A stretch of 64,000 bases of DNA from an uncultured delta proteobacterium (GTDB taxonomy: Bacteria > Desulfobacterota > RBG-13-43-22), in contig CAWBOS010000012.1 in the NCBI GenBank assembly GCA_963790475.1, positions 1,120,001 to 1,184,000 on the forward strand. The letters run 5' to 3'. Numbering within the stretch: the first letter of the stretch is position 1; each line of letters opens with the position of its first letter. Under the pieces are notes generated by a model. That model saw only the letters and a list, made by a program, of their open reading frames with translations. It searched no databases and had not been told where the DNA came from. Made by a program: the position numbers and the translations under genes. Shown here piece by piece: positions 9,713-18,262 of the stretch.

Positions 9713-9756
9713 TTATTAACGGATATTTTCAATGTCCAAAAAAGAAGCACAAAAAA

Positions 9757-10983
9757 ATGGCAACAAAAGGAAAAACCCAAAAGTCCTATCGGGAGATTGA
9801 GTCCGTTAAGGCCTATCGCCGGCTGATGCAGGGTTATTATTTTATGGCCACCCATCCCAAATGGTTTGGGAAGAAAACGGCCTGGATCACCAGCGGCGGG
9901 CCGGTGGAACCCCTCTACGCCATGGGGGTGCTTCCTTTTTACCCGGAGAATTACGGGGCCATGTGCGGGGCCGGGCGAGAATCGGTTTCCCTGTGCGAAA
10001 TAGCGGAAGCGCAAGGTTATTCCCGGGACCTCTGTTCTTATGCCCGGTTGGATATCGGCAGTTCCCTCAGCGGGAAGGGTCCTCTGGGGGTCCTGCCCAA
10101 ACCTGATTTTCTGGTCTGTGCCAACAATATTTGCGGCACAGTCATCAAATGGTATGAGATCCAGGCCCGTAAATTTCAGGTGCCCCTCTTTTTCCTGGAC
10201 ACGCCTTTTATCCATAAGGAACTGACGGACCATACCCTGCAATATGTCCGGCGGCAGATGGAGGAATATGTGGCTTTCCTGGAAAAAGTTTGTGCGCGGC
10301 CTTTTCCGGAAAAGCGCTTCCTGAAGGTTGCCGCCAGATCCGTTGAGGCAGTCGCCTTATGGAAAGAAATCCTGGAACTTTCCCGTATTCACCCGGCCCC
10401 TTTTGCCGCCTTTGATGCCTTCATCCACATGGCCCCCATTGTCACCTTGCGGGGAACCGGCTGGGCCGTGCGCTATTATCAAAAACTTAAGAAAGAGCTC
10501 GAAGACCGGGTGAAAAAAGGGCAGGGGGCCTTCGCCCGGGAAGAGATCCGGCTGATCTGGGACAATATTCCCATATGGTATGACATCCGGAATCTATCCC
10601 AGCTTCTGGCCAGGCAGGGGGCGGTCCTGGTGGCCGACACCTACACCTCGGCCTGGACCTTAAAGCCTCTGGACCTGGGCAATCCCCTGGAGAGCCTGTC
10701 CCGCTCCTATGCCTCTGTTCTTCTCAATTTGGGATTGGGGCATAAAGTGGCCAACATGACGGAATTGATGAAACAATATCAGGCGGATGGATTTATCATG
10801 CATTCCAACCGGAGCTGCAAGACCTATTCGCTCGGTCAGTATGATATTAAGAAAAAGGTCTCAGAACTGACCGGCAAGCCGGGTTTGATCATCGAGGCCG
10901 ATCACACCGATTCCCGAAGCTATGCTCCAGGACAAGTCGAAAAGCAAATCGAGGCCTTTGTGGAAATGACCCGGGGAAAATAA
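9757..10983 (+). CDS. 2-hydroxyacyl-CoA dehydratase family, second subunit
   Basis: YPENYGAMC, GYSRDLCSY, NNICGTVIKWY, HSNRSCK and QIEAFVE. Confidence 0.9.
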   Translation: MATKGKTQKSYREIESVKAYRRLMQGYYFMATHPKWFGKKTAWITSGGPVEPLYAMGVLPFYPENYGAMCGAGRESVSLCEIAEAQGYSRDLCSYARLDIGSSLSGKGPLGVLPKPDFLVCANNICGTVIKWYEIQARKFQVPLFFLDTPFIHKELTDHTLQYVRRQMEEYVAFLEKVCARPFPEKRFLKVAARSVEAVALWKEILELSRIHPAPFAAFDAFIHMAPIVTLRGTGWAVRYYQKLKKELEDRVKKGQGAFAREEIRLIWDNIPIWYDIRNLSQLLARQGAVLVADTYTSAWTLKPLDLGNPLESLSRSYASVLLNLGLGHKVANMTELMKQYQADGFIMHSNRSCKTYSLGQYDIKKKVSELTGKPGLIIEADHTDSRSYAPGQVEKQIEAFVEMTRGK

Positions 10984-11015
10984 AACTAAAATGACGTTCT
11001 CGGAAGGAGAAAAAT

Positions 11016-11849
11016 ATGGATCGATTAAACCGGGTTTTTATTATGCCTGTTATTTTACTGGGACTGATTTTATGGGGATGGTCAGCCGTTCCTTCGTCGG
11101 TTGAGGCACGCAGACCAATCAGCCCTCCTAAACCTAAAGCCGCAGCCACAGAATCCTTGCCAGAATGTCCTCCGAAGGAAAAACTCCAAGAGGGAATCCA
11201 TAAGACCTTTCCGCAATTAAAGTTTGAGATCATTCGGATCGAACCAAGCAGGATTAAGGGTCTCTGTCAGGTTCAACTTAGAATAGCAGCCCAAACCCAT
11301 CTCCTCTATGTTGATGCCCAGGGGGATTTCCTGTTGGCCGGAAATCTTCATGAATTGAAAACCGGGAAGAATTTAACCCAGGAAGCCTTTCAAGTACTGA
11401 ACCGGATGAACCCCGAGGAACTTCAACAATTGGAATCCCTGACCGCCTTGACCTTGGGTCAGGGGAAAAAGGTGGTTTATCTGGTAACCGATCCCCAATG
11501 TCCTTATTGCAAACGAGCCGAACCCCTTTTGAAGAAGTTGGTGGAGGAAGAGAACCTAAGCGTTCGTTTCCTTTTTTTCCCTTTGGACTCGCACCCCGGG
11601 GCCAAAGAACAGTGTATTTCCATCCTCTGCGACAACAAAGGGATAGAAGGATATGACAGCGGTTATCGATCGGAAAACCAATGTCCGGAGGGAATAAAGA
11701 AAGTGGCCGATACGACGGCCTTCATGCAGAAGAAAGGGATTAATTCCACCCCCTCTTTCATTTTCATGGATGGAACCCACCTCTCCGGATTACCGAGTGA
11801 AGAACAATTACGGGATCGAATGGGATTATCAAAACCCCTTCCGAAATAA
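11016..11849 (+). CDS. DsbC-family thiol:disulfide isomerase
   Basis: Signal peptide, DsbC dimerisation-like region, TDPQCPYC and GINSTPS motifs. Confidence 0.9.
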   Translation: MDRLNRVFIMPVILLGLILWGWSAVPSSVEARRPISPPKPKAAATESLPECPPKEKLQEGIHKTFPQLKFEIIRIEPSRIKGLCQVQLRIAAQTHLLYVDAQGDFLLAGNLHELKTGKNLTQEAFQVLNRMNPEELQQLESLTALTLGQGKKVVYLVTDPQCPYCKRAEPLLKKLVEEENLSVRFLFFPLDSHPGAKEQCISILCDNKGIEGYDSGYRSENQCPEGIKKVADTTAFMQKKGINSTPSFIFMDGTHLSGLPSEEQLRDRMGLSKPLPK

Positions 11850-12150
11850 TTCATTTTTTCTATTGATGTTCGAGAGAACCGCTTAAAAATTCAGAGGGAA
11901 AGCGCTCGAATCTTTGAGCGTCTTTCCCTCTGGTGAGGGATACCTTAAAAACTACGACCTTTTCCCGCAATATTTCCCCATTAGAAAACCCATCCGATGA
12001 GCCTTTTGCGATAGCCGGATAATTTGAATTTTTTCCTAATAGATCATCTCCGTCCGGGCGGGGTTGACATTTGTTGATTCCAAACAATCGTCAAACCAGA
12101 TCCCTGACCTATTTTAAAAGAATGGATGTGGTGGGAGGCTCAGAGAAGAG

Positions 12151-12198
12151 AAAAAAGAAAAGGGACAGTTTATATGAATTCTATAAACTATCCCTTTT
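12151..12198 (-). terminator. Intrinsic terminator downstream of the small lipoprotein gene
   Basis: AAAAGGGACAGTTTATA-loop-TATAAACTATCCCTTTT hairpin with a T-tract on the minus strand. Confidence 0.7.
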
Positions 12199-12225
12199 GA
12201 TAAATGATCCAATAAATACAAGAAA

Positions 12226-12474
12226 CTATTTTTTTTCGGCACCAGTGGCACCAGTGGCACCTGTGGCACCAGTGTCACCTTTCGCACCAGTGTCACCTTT
12301 CGCTCCAGTATCTCCAGTCGGTCCAGGAGCCGGAGCCGGAGCTGCTTCGGGGGCTGTTTGTTCAGCCGCAGGTGGGGCCGGCGGCGGAGCCTCCTCCTTT
12401 TTCTTACAACCCATGGCAAAAGAAAAGACCACAAACAACATTGCGACGAGCACTAAGGAAATTATTTTCCGCAT
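12226..12474 (-). CDS. Small lipoprotein with a Pro/Ala linker and a collagen-like (Gly-X-Y) tail
   Basis: AMG|C lipobox-like signal, EEAPPPAPPAA, then GPTGDTGAKGDTGAKGDTGATGATGATGAE; AGGAGGT SD. Confidence 0.8.
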   Translation of the reverse strand: MRKIISLVLVAMLFVVFSFAMGCKKKEEAPPPAPPAAEQTAPEAAPAPAPGPTGDTGAKGDTGAKGDTGATGATGATGAEKK

Positions 12475-12587
12475 TTTGACTCACCTCCTTTGCTTAATTT
12501 ATAATGCTTAGTTCAGGTAACTAATAATCAAAAAAAACCTATCTTTTTTCAAGAAGATAGACAACAGAAACTCATATTTAAAGTGTG

Positions 12588-12616
12588 ATAATAGGCGATC
12601 TAAAAGCCTATGTCAA
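12588..12616 (-). promoter_or_regulatory. Sigma70 promoter with an inverted repeat across the spacer
   Basis: TTGACA-17-TATTAT; ATAGGC-N9-GCCTAT spans the spacer. Confidence 0.6.
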
Positions 12617-12624
12617 GATAATTT

Positions 12625-12897
12625 TTACTTGATCACTTCAATATCAATCAGCCTTAATTTCCCATTTTCTCTCACAATTTCCCCCATTACCCAATAACCT
12701 ACTTGCAGGTCGGACAGCTCAAAGTCCGAGGCATCCAGGACTTGGTCGTTTATGGTGATCGTTCCCCGTTTTTCATTGATCTGGGTTATGCGTCCTTCAA
12801 TAGGTTCCGGTTCGCTGCCCCAGACTTCAAGGCAAAGGGAAGTCAAAAGCAATAAGGCAATGATTAGATAAAAATGGGATTTTTTTGGGGAATTCAT
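12625..12897 (-). CDS. Small exported OB-fold-like hypothetical protein
   Basis: Signal peptide followed by IEGRITQIN...DLQVGYWV. Confidence 0.6.
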   Translation of the reverse strand: MNSPKKSHFYLIIALLLLTSLCLEVWGSEPEPIEGRITQINEKRGTITINDQVLDASDFELSDLQVGYWVMGEIVRENGKLRLIDIEVIK

Positions 12898-14003
12898 TTA
12901 GTCGATCCTTTCTCTTTTTTTAGGATCTTCTGTCTGACTCCGGCCATCAGAATAGGCCAGGCAATCGTGGCATCACATAGAACCTCGGCATAACGGCCTC
13001 CATCCTCGATAGGGGCGAATTTCCCCCAGGAAACCCCCTCGGAATAGGTGCAGCCACTTAAGCCGCCCCAATGGGCAGGTTCAGGACAGATACGAACTCC
13101 ATAAGAAAAACGTTTTAATGGAAGGGGTTCCTTTAAACGGTACTGGAGGATTTCCAAAAACGGACCAACTTGTTGGCCCCAGTTTCTCGGCACTCCTCCG
13201 CCGATAGTAAATATCCCTAGTTTGGAGGCCTTTAGGATATTCTGAGTATAGGATCCCAGATCATAAAAAGGGTTAAAGTTAAAGACCATCCGGCCCAGGG
13301 CCTCGGCCGGACTCCCCGCTTTTTTCTTTTCCAAAATCTTTCTGATAACACAGGTGGCCATATCCAGACCCAATTCCGAATCGGTGAAAGCCGGGATATA
13401 GACCGGGACCCCTTTTAAATAGGCGTTTCGTAAGATGCCGGGCTGGTCGGTAATTCCCGATAAATATCTTCCGACCTCCCGGCAGAATATTTCAGAGGAG
13501 AGGGGGGCTGTTTCCAGGTCTATGCCTTCCAGAACCCGGGAAATGATTTCCTCAATATGGTTGAGATTCTTTTCCATTTCCAGGGTATCATAGATCCGGT
13601 TATACCCCAGGTCATACAGGTCGGCGTCCGATTGCAAGGGGTTATGCTTGTAATGGGTTAAGCCAACCGATTCAATCAATCCATGGGCCATTAAGGCCCC
13701 GGTGGAGATGATAATATCCAGCCAGCCCCAGTCGATCATATCGCAAATGATCAACCCCATCTTGGCCACCGACATGGCTCCGGAGAAGGTCCCAACTTTC
13801 AGACAGTCGGGATCAGAGATCATTTCCGAGAATACTTCCTGGGCCTCACCCAGGGCCCGGCCGCCAAAGGCCGTTTGGGCCATACCGGAAAGCAAAGAAG
13901 TAAAATCATTACTCTTTTTAATATCGAGGCTTTTAAGACGGGTTAGTCCGTCCTGGGATCCGTCGTGCAAATCGGTCCAGGATCGTACTTTATGTTCGGA
14001 CAT
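12894..14003 (-). CDS. Deoxyhypusine synthase-like protein (probable homospermidine synthase, SpeY-type)
   Basis: FSGAM, ISTGA, GYNRIYD, PAFTDSELG, IGGGVPRNW, GGLSGCTYSEGVSWGK and CDATIAWP; start taken at MSEHK (14003). Confidence 0.92.
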   Translation of the reverse strand: MSEHKVRSWTDLHDGSQDGLTRLKSLDIKKSNDFTSLLSGMAQTAFGGRALGEAQEVFSEMISDPDCLKVGTFSGAMSVAKMGLIICDMIDWGWLDIIISTGALMAHGLIESVGLTHYKHNPLQSDADLYDLGYNRIYDTLEMEKNLNHIEEIISRVLEGIDLETAPLSSEIFCREVGRYLSGITDQPGILRNAYLKGVPVYIPAFTDSELGLDMATCVIRKILEKKKAGSPAEALGRMVFNFNPFYDLGSYTQNILKASKLGIFTIGGGVPRNWGQQVGPFLEILQYRLKEPLPLKRFSYGVRICPEPAHWGGLSGCTYSEGVSWGKFAPIEDGGRYAEVLCDATIAWPILMAGVRQKILKKEKGSTK

Positions 14004-14898
14004 AGGGGTTATCTTTCTTCGTCTGAAAAAACAGATAAGAGAGGAATTTAAACATCGATTTGGCAACCACAAATTCCGACAAGCGAGACCCCGGTATGGG
14101 CATAAGCTCACAAATATCCGCTCCCCGGACTGGTCCGCGCCCGATAGTAATCTTGAAGACCTCGAGCAGATGATGCCAGGCCAATCCACCCGGCTCCGGA
14201 GTTCCGGTCCCGGGGACCAGTGAAGGGTCCAGGGCATCTATGTCCAGACTGAGATAGAGATTTCTACCGGCCATAGCTGATAGATCGTTCCGGAAACGGT
14301 CCAGGCCGTTATTAAAAAGGATTTCCTGACTGGAATAGGAGCGGATTTGGGATTGACTATCCAGAAATTCTTGTTCTTCTTTGGATAAACTACGCAGCCC
14401 GAGGTGGAAAATCGGACAATCCAACTCGGCTATCCGCTTGAGGGTACAGGCATGAGAAAAGGAGGTTCCTTCCCACGATTCCCGTAAATCCGCGTGAGCA
14501 TCCAGAACCAGGACCACCAGATCGGGATAATTTTGTTGGACCCCTCGAACCAGGGGAACAGCAATGGTGTGTTCTCCTCCTAAGGCCAGGATTATCTTTT
14601 TTTGTTCCCGGTAGGATTTCAAGCGTTCATATATGTCGCCGATCATCATTTCCGGACTATGGTGATTCCTGGGGATATCGGGGAGGGTCAGACAGGTTCC
14701 AAGGGACATGGGTTCCCAACCCAATTCCTCGTCCCATAGTTCGACTTGGCTGCTGGCCTGAAGGATGGCTTCTGGCCCGAATCGGGTTCCCGGTTGGAAA
14801 CTGGTCGTCGAATCGTAAGGAATAGGTTGGATGAGGACATCCGCCGTTTCTGGAGAAAGGCCTGTTTCATCCAATCCCAGAAAATTAAGGGTTCGCAA
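13990..14898 (-). CDS. speB: Agmatinase
   Basis: PYDSTTSFQPGTRFGP, GGEHT, DAHAD, SHAC and DIDALDPS...PGTGTPEPGGL. Confidence 0.92.
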   Translation of the reverse strand: MRTLNFLGLDETGLSPETADVLIQPIPYDSTTSFQPGTRFGPEAILQASSQVELWDEELGWEPMSLGTCLTLPDIPRNHHSPEMMIGDIYERLKSYREQKKIILALGGEHTIAVPLVRGVQQNYPDLVVLVLDAHADLRESWEGTSFSHACTLKRIAELDCPIFHLGLRSLSKEEQEFLDSQSQIRSYSSQEILFNNGLDRFRNDLSAMAGRNLYLSLDIDALDPSLVPGTGTPEPGGLAWHHLLEVFKITIGRGPVRGADICELMPIPGSRLSEFVVAKSMFKFLSYLFFQTKKDNPYVRT

Positions 14899-14961
14899 AA
14901 GATTGTCCTACTAAGTTGTGATGAAAATCCTGATCCAGAATTTCCTGTAAGAATACGACAC

Positions 14962-15585
14962 TCAGAGTAAAAAAACGGCTGCTACCACCACTGTTGTCCA
15001 AATACCGTCTCCTCGGGTTGTGCAGGTTGTGGAAAAAGTGTCTACAATTTTGCCGCTCATTCGATAAATTTCCCGACGTTCATCATAATCCTTTTGAGGG
15101 TCAAAATCAATTCCCAGCGTGGTAGCCAACATGGTAGAGGCTAAATCTTCGGCAAAATCGCCCATTTCTTTTTCGTTCTCACCAAAAGCCGAGTGTTCCG
15201 ATAAATAACCATAGTGATATTCATCCGCCGGAACGGCCAAACCAATGGAAGCCCCCATCAACCTCTCAGGTTCGTTGGAACTGATTCTAGCCAAAACACA
15301 GAAGGTGATTTGTCCGGGTAAAAGCTCTCTGATCCCTTCTTCAAAAGGGATGATTTTACAGTTTGGAGGGAAAATGGAGGAAACATATACCAGATTGCAT
15401 TTTTCGATTCCGGCATCTCTCAAAGCCAGCTCAAAGGATTGAAGCTTGGCTTTGTGTCTCCCTATCCCCTTGGTAAAAAATATTTTTTGGGGAACCAGCC
15501 AGGCATTATCCAACCGGCCGTGTTCTTTTATTTTTTTTGTTTTAGAGATTTTCAACGCGTTGGTCCTTAATTTTTGAAAATTCAA
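14962..15585 (-). CDS. pdaD: Pyruvoyl-dependent arginine decarboxylase (true start probably near 15513)
   Basis: [25 protein letters not shown] (Ser-Ser self-cleavage site), GYLSEH and AEDLASTML. Confidence 0.9.
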   Translation of the reverse strand: MNFQKLRTNALKISKTKKIKEHGRLDNAWLVPQKIFFTKGIGRHKAKLQSFELALRDAGIEKCNLVYVSSIFPPNCKIIPFEEGIRELLPGQITFCVLARISSNEPERLMGASIGLAVPADEYHYGYLSEHSAFGENEKEMGDFAEDLASTMLATTLGIDFDPQKDYDERREIYRMSGKIVDTFSTTCTTRGDGIWTTVVVAAVFLL

Positions 15586-15619
15586 ATCATATATGATAAT
15601 TTTTGAGAAAATGTCAAGA

Positions 15620-16360
15620 TTAAAATAAAAATAGGCGCTTTTTCATTTCTCGGGCGCCCAATTCCATTAATGGCTTGAGTTGGACGATGTCCATGGTGTT
15701 GTAGAGAATTAAGCGTTCCAAAGCGGATTCGTCTCCCCATTGGTAATCATTCCAGAGAAGAACGGCATCGAACCCATCTAATCCTGCCACTGCCGGATCC
15801 CTTAAAAGGCCTACCTGTTCTTCAATGGATTTCAAGCCTCCCCGAAGCCCCAATTTTCTCAAAACGAAGCGCAGATCTATGTGAGCCGGGGGGAGGTCTA
15901 TATGTCTGAACCACCGTTTGAGATAAGGCAGATCGAAGCAGGACCCATTAAAGGTAATGACCAGGGGAAAAGGGGCCAGGGCCTGTTCAAAATCATCTAA
16001 GTTGAGGCCGTTAACGAAAGTCTGGACCTTCTGGCCATCATAGAGCCCGATAACCGTGATCTCATCCAATCCCTGATACCCTCCGCTGGTTTCGATATCC
16101 AAAAAAACGGCCCGATCCTGAAAAGATTCATAAACCCTCCAGAGATCGGATGGAGGAAGACTGTTTACAAAAAAAAGGAGGTCATGGCGATTTTCCAGGG
16201 AGATTTCAAGTTCCCGGCGTATGACGGCATCCCGGTCCAGGGAGAAGACCGGCTTCTTATGATCCAGGAAGTCTTTCCAGGTTCGGATGCCCCGGTTCCA
16301 AAGGAGCCGTTCGGTTTTTGGCCCGATCCCGGATATATGAATAAAGGTATGTTCTAACAA
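15620..16360 (-). CDS. RNase H-like domain protein (YprB/RNase_H_2)
   Basis: HhH-like [33 protein letters not shown] and YNTMD. Confidence 0.88.
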   Translation of the reverse strand: MLEHTFIHISGIGPKTERLLWNRGIRTWKDFLDHKKPVFSLDRDAVIRRELEISLENRHDLLFFVNSLPPSDLWRVYESFQDRAVFLDIETSGGYQGLDEITVIGLYDGQKVQTFVNGLNLDDFEQALAPFPLVITFNGSCFDLPYLKRWFRHIDLPPAHIDLRFVLRKLGLRGGLKSIEEQVGLLRDPAVAGLDGFDAVLLWNDYQWGDESALERLILYNTMDIVQLKPLMELGAREMKKRLFLF

Positions 16361-16557
16361 AAGGTTTAATTTCTCTATTTTAAAATCTTTATCTGAAAAT
16401 TTTTTTCGAAATGGAGTACCGGAGAACAGAAGTGATGGTCTGAAATACCAATACGATAACTCTCATCACTCCCATTTTAATAAGCCCCTGTAACCGGCTG
16501 GGGATTAAGGTAAAATTGAATATCTCAGTTGGGGACTTAATCAATATGAAAAATAAG

Positions 16558-17079
16558 TTAGATCCGCGTCAGCAGTGATGAATAATCATTATTTACTCCG
16601 ATCATATCCAGTAATACCGAAATCTGGCCCCGGTGATGCGTTTGATGATTGAACCACTGAAGCAGAATCTTCCATACTTCTTTCTCAACGTCATCTCCTT
16701 TATAATTCTTATAGTTAATAACGGAATTCAGGGTATCTTCGTCGATCTCTTCAACAAATTGCATAATAACATTATCGGCCTTCTTCCGTTGTTGAAACAA
16801 TTTGGTATAATCAGTCTCAAATTTCTTTCTCAAATTTTTTCCATCTAAAGAAACAAGCTTGCTGACAGTTAAGGCATTGCTTTCTTTGAAAACATCCCTG
16901 AAACGTTTTAGCCAAAAGAGATCGGAGAGGAAGAGGTGCAGCATGGTTTCGAAAATGGACGGGAAAAAGGCCTTTGTTTTGGTCATAATTTTTTCTTCGC
17001 CCAAGGGCTCAATTAATTCTATCAGACTCTGATCAACGCTGCTGTTATACTTGGCGAGTGCCTGAAAAACGGGTTTCAT
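16558..17079 (-). CDS. DinB-family protein (copy 1)
   Basis: FPSIFETMLH and FNHQTHHRGQ. Confidence 0.9.
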   Translation of the reverse strand: MKPVFQALAKYNSSVDQSLIELIEPLGEEKIMTKTKAFFPSIFETMLHLFLSDLFWLKRFRDVFKESNALTVSKLVSLDGKNLRKKFETDYTKLFQQRKKADNVIMQFVEEIDEDTLNSVINYKNYKGDDVEKEVWKILLQWFNHQTHHRGQISVLLDMIGVNNDYSSLLTRI

Positions 17080-17203
17080 TATTTTTCCTTTCTAAGGAAG
17101 TTTTAAGAATATTTATTTATAAATTTTTCCCAACGGAAACGGTTCAGATTTAATGAAGTATAAAGCCTTTGGGGAATCTTCTTTTGGCTGATGTTATACG
17201 ATG

Positions 17204-17401
17204 TTAAATGGAATGTCCCGGATAAAAGGGAAAAAGTTCTTTTAAAGGATTATCCTTTTTCTCAATAACGAACCCTTGCGGATCCATCATGAAATCGCTA
17301 AGTTTGCATTCTTGGGGATCTTTCCATAAGTTGTGAATGTAATTACGTACTTCCCGATCGAATGAGCATTGTATACGGTATATCATACGGTTGTTTAGCA
17401 C
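17204..17401 (-). CDS. Small hypothetical protein
   Basis: Co-oriented short ORF filling the gap between the DinB copies; no motif recognised. Confidence 0.35.
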   Translation of the reverse strand: MLNNRMIYRIQCSFDREVRNYIHNLWKDPQECKLSDFMMDPQGFVIEKKDNPLKELFPFYPGHSI

Positions 17402-17570
17402 AATTAGGCAAGTAAAATTTGTATATCTTCTTTGGCGACGGTTTAATTATCCTTTCACAATAGGCGGCAAGGCGCATCGGGTTCTATCTTCCCAAGTGAA
17501 AGATTTCCCTCAATCGACGTCTATCCGGCCTCCCACTAAAATTTCCCCCTATATCAGGAAAAGGCTTCGG

Positions 17571-18092
17571 TTATATCCGGGTCAGCATGGAAGAATAATC
17601 ATTATTGACTTCTATCATATCCAGTAATACCGATATCTGACCCCGATGATGCGTTTGATGATTAAACCACTGGAGAAGGATCTTCCATAAGATATTCTCC
17701 ATCTCTTCTCCCTTATAGTTTTTATATTTAAAAACCGAATTCAATCTATTCTCATCGATTTCTTCAATAAATTGTCGAATTGCCTCATCGGCCCGTTTCC
17801 GATACTGAAACAATTTTGTATAGTCTTCCTCAAACTCTTTTCTTAACCCTTTAAAATCCAAAGAAACGAGCTCACTGCCGCTTAAGGCCTTACTGTCTTT
17901 GAAACCATCACCAAAACGTTTCAACCAAAAGAGATCGGAAAGGAGGTTATGGTTCATGGTTTCGTATATGGACGGGAAAAAAGCCTTTGTTTTGGCCATG
18001 ATCTTTTCTTGGGTTAAAGGCTCAACTAATTCTAAAATAGTCAGATCAACACTTTGGTTATACTTAGCAAAGGCCTGAAAAATGTTTTTCAT
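17571..18092 (-). CDS. DinB-family protein (copy 2)
   Basis: Colinear paralog of 16558-17079 with the same motifs; AAGGA SD before MKNIF. Confidence 0.9.
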   Translation of the reverse strand: MKNIFQAFAKYNQSVDLTILELVEPLTQEKIMAKTKAFFPSIYETMNHNLLSDLFWLKRFGDGFKDSKALSGSELVSLDFKGLRKEFEEDYTKLFQYRKRADEAIRQFIEEIDENRLNSVFKYKNYKGEEMENILWKILLQWFNHQTHHRGQISVLLDMIEVNNDYSSMLTRI

Positions 18093-18262
18093 TCTTTTTC
18101 CTTTCAAGAAAAATTTTGAAGAAATTAATCGACAATCTTTGGATAACATAACCGGCTAATTTGTCAAGAAATTTATTTCAGTTTTGACAATCCCAGAATC
18201 CATCCTCCGAACAATCAGTCAGGTCGGTTTCATTCCCCAATCCGAAAATGACCAATCCTTAT

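Noticed and set aside
12236-12325. Tandem repeats as a CRISPR array
   Set aside because: 9/18-nt coding repeats (Gly-X-Y) with no unique spacers, and no cas genes.
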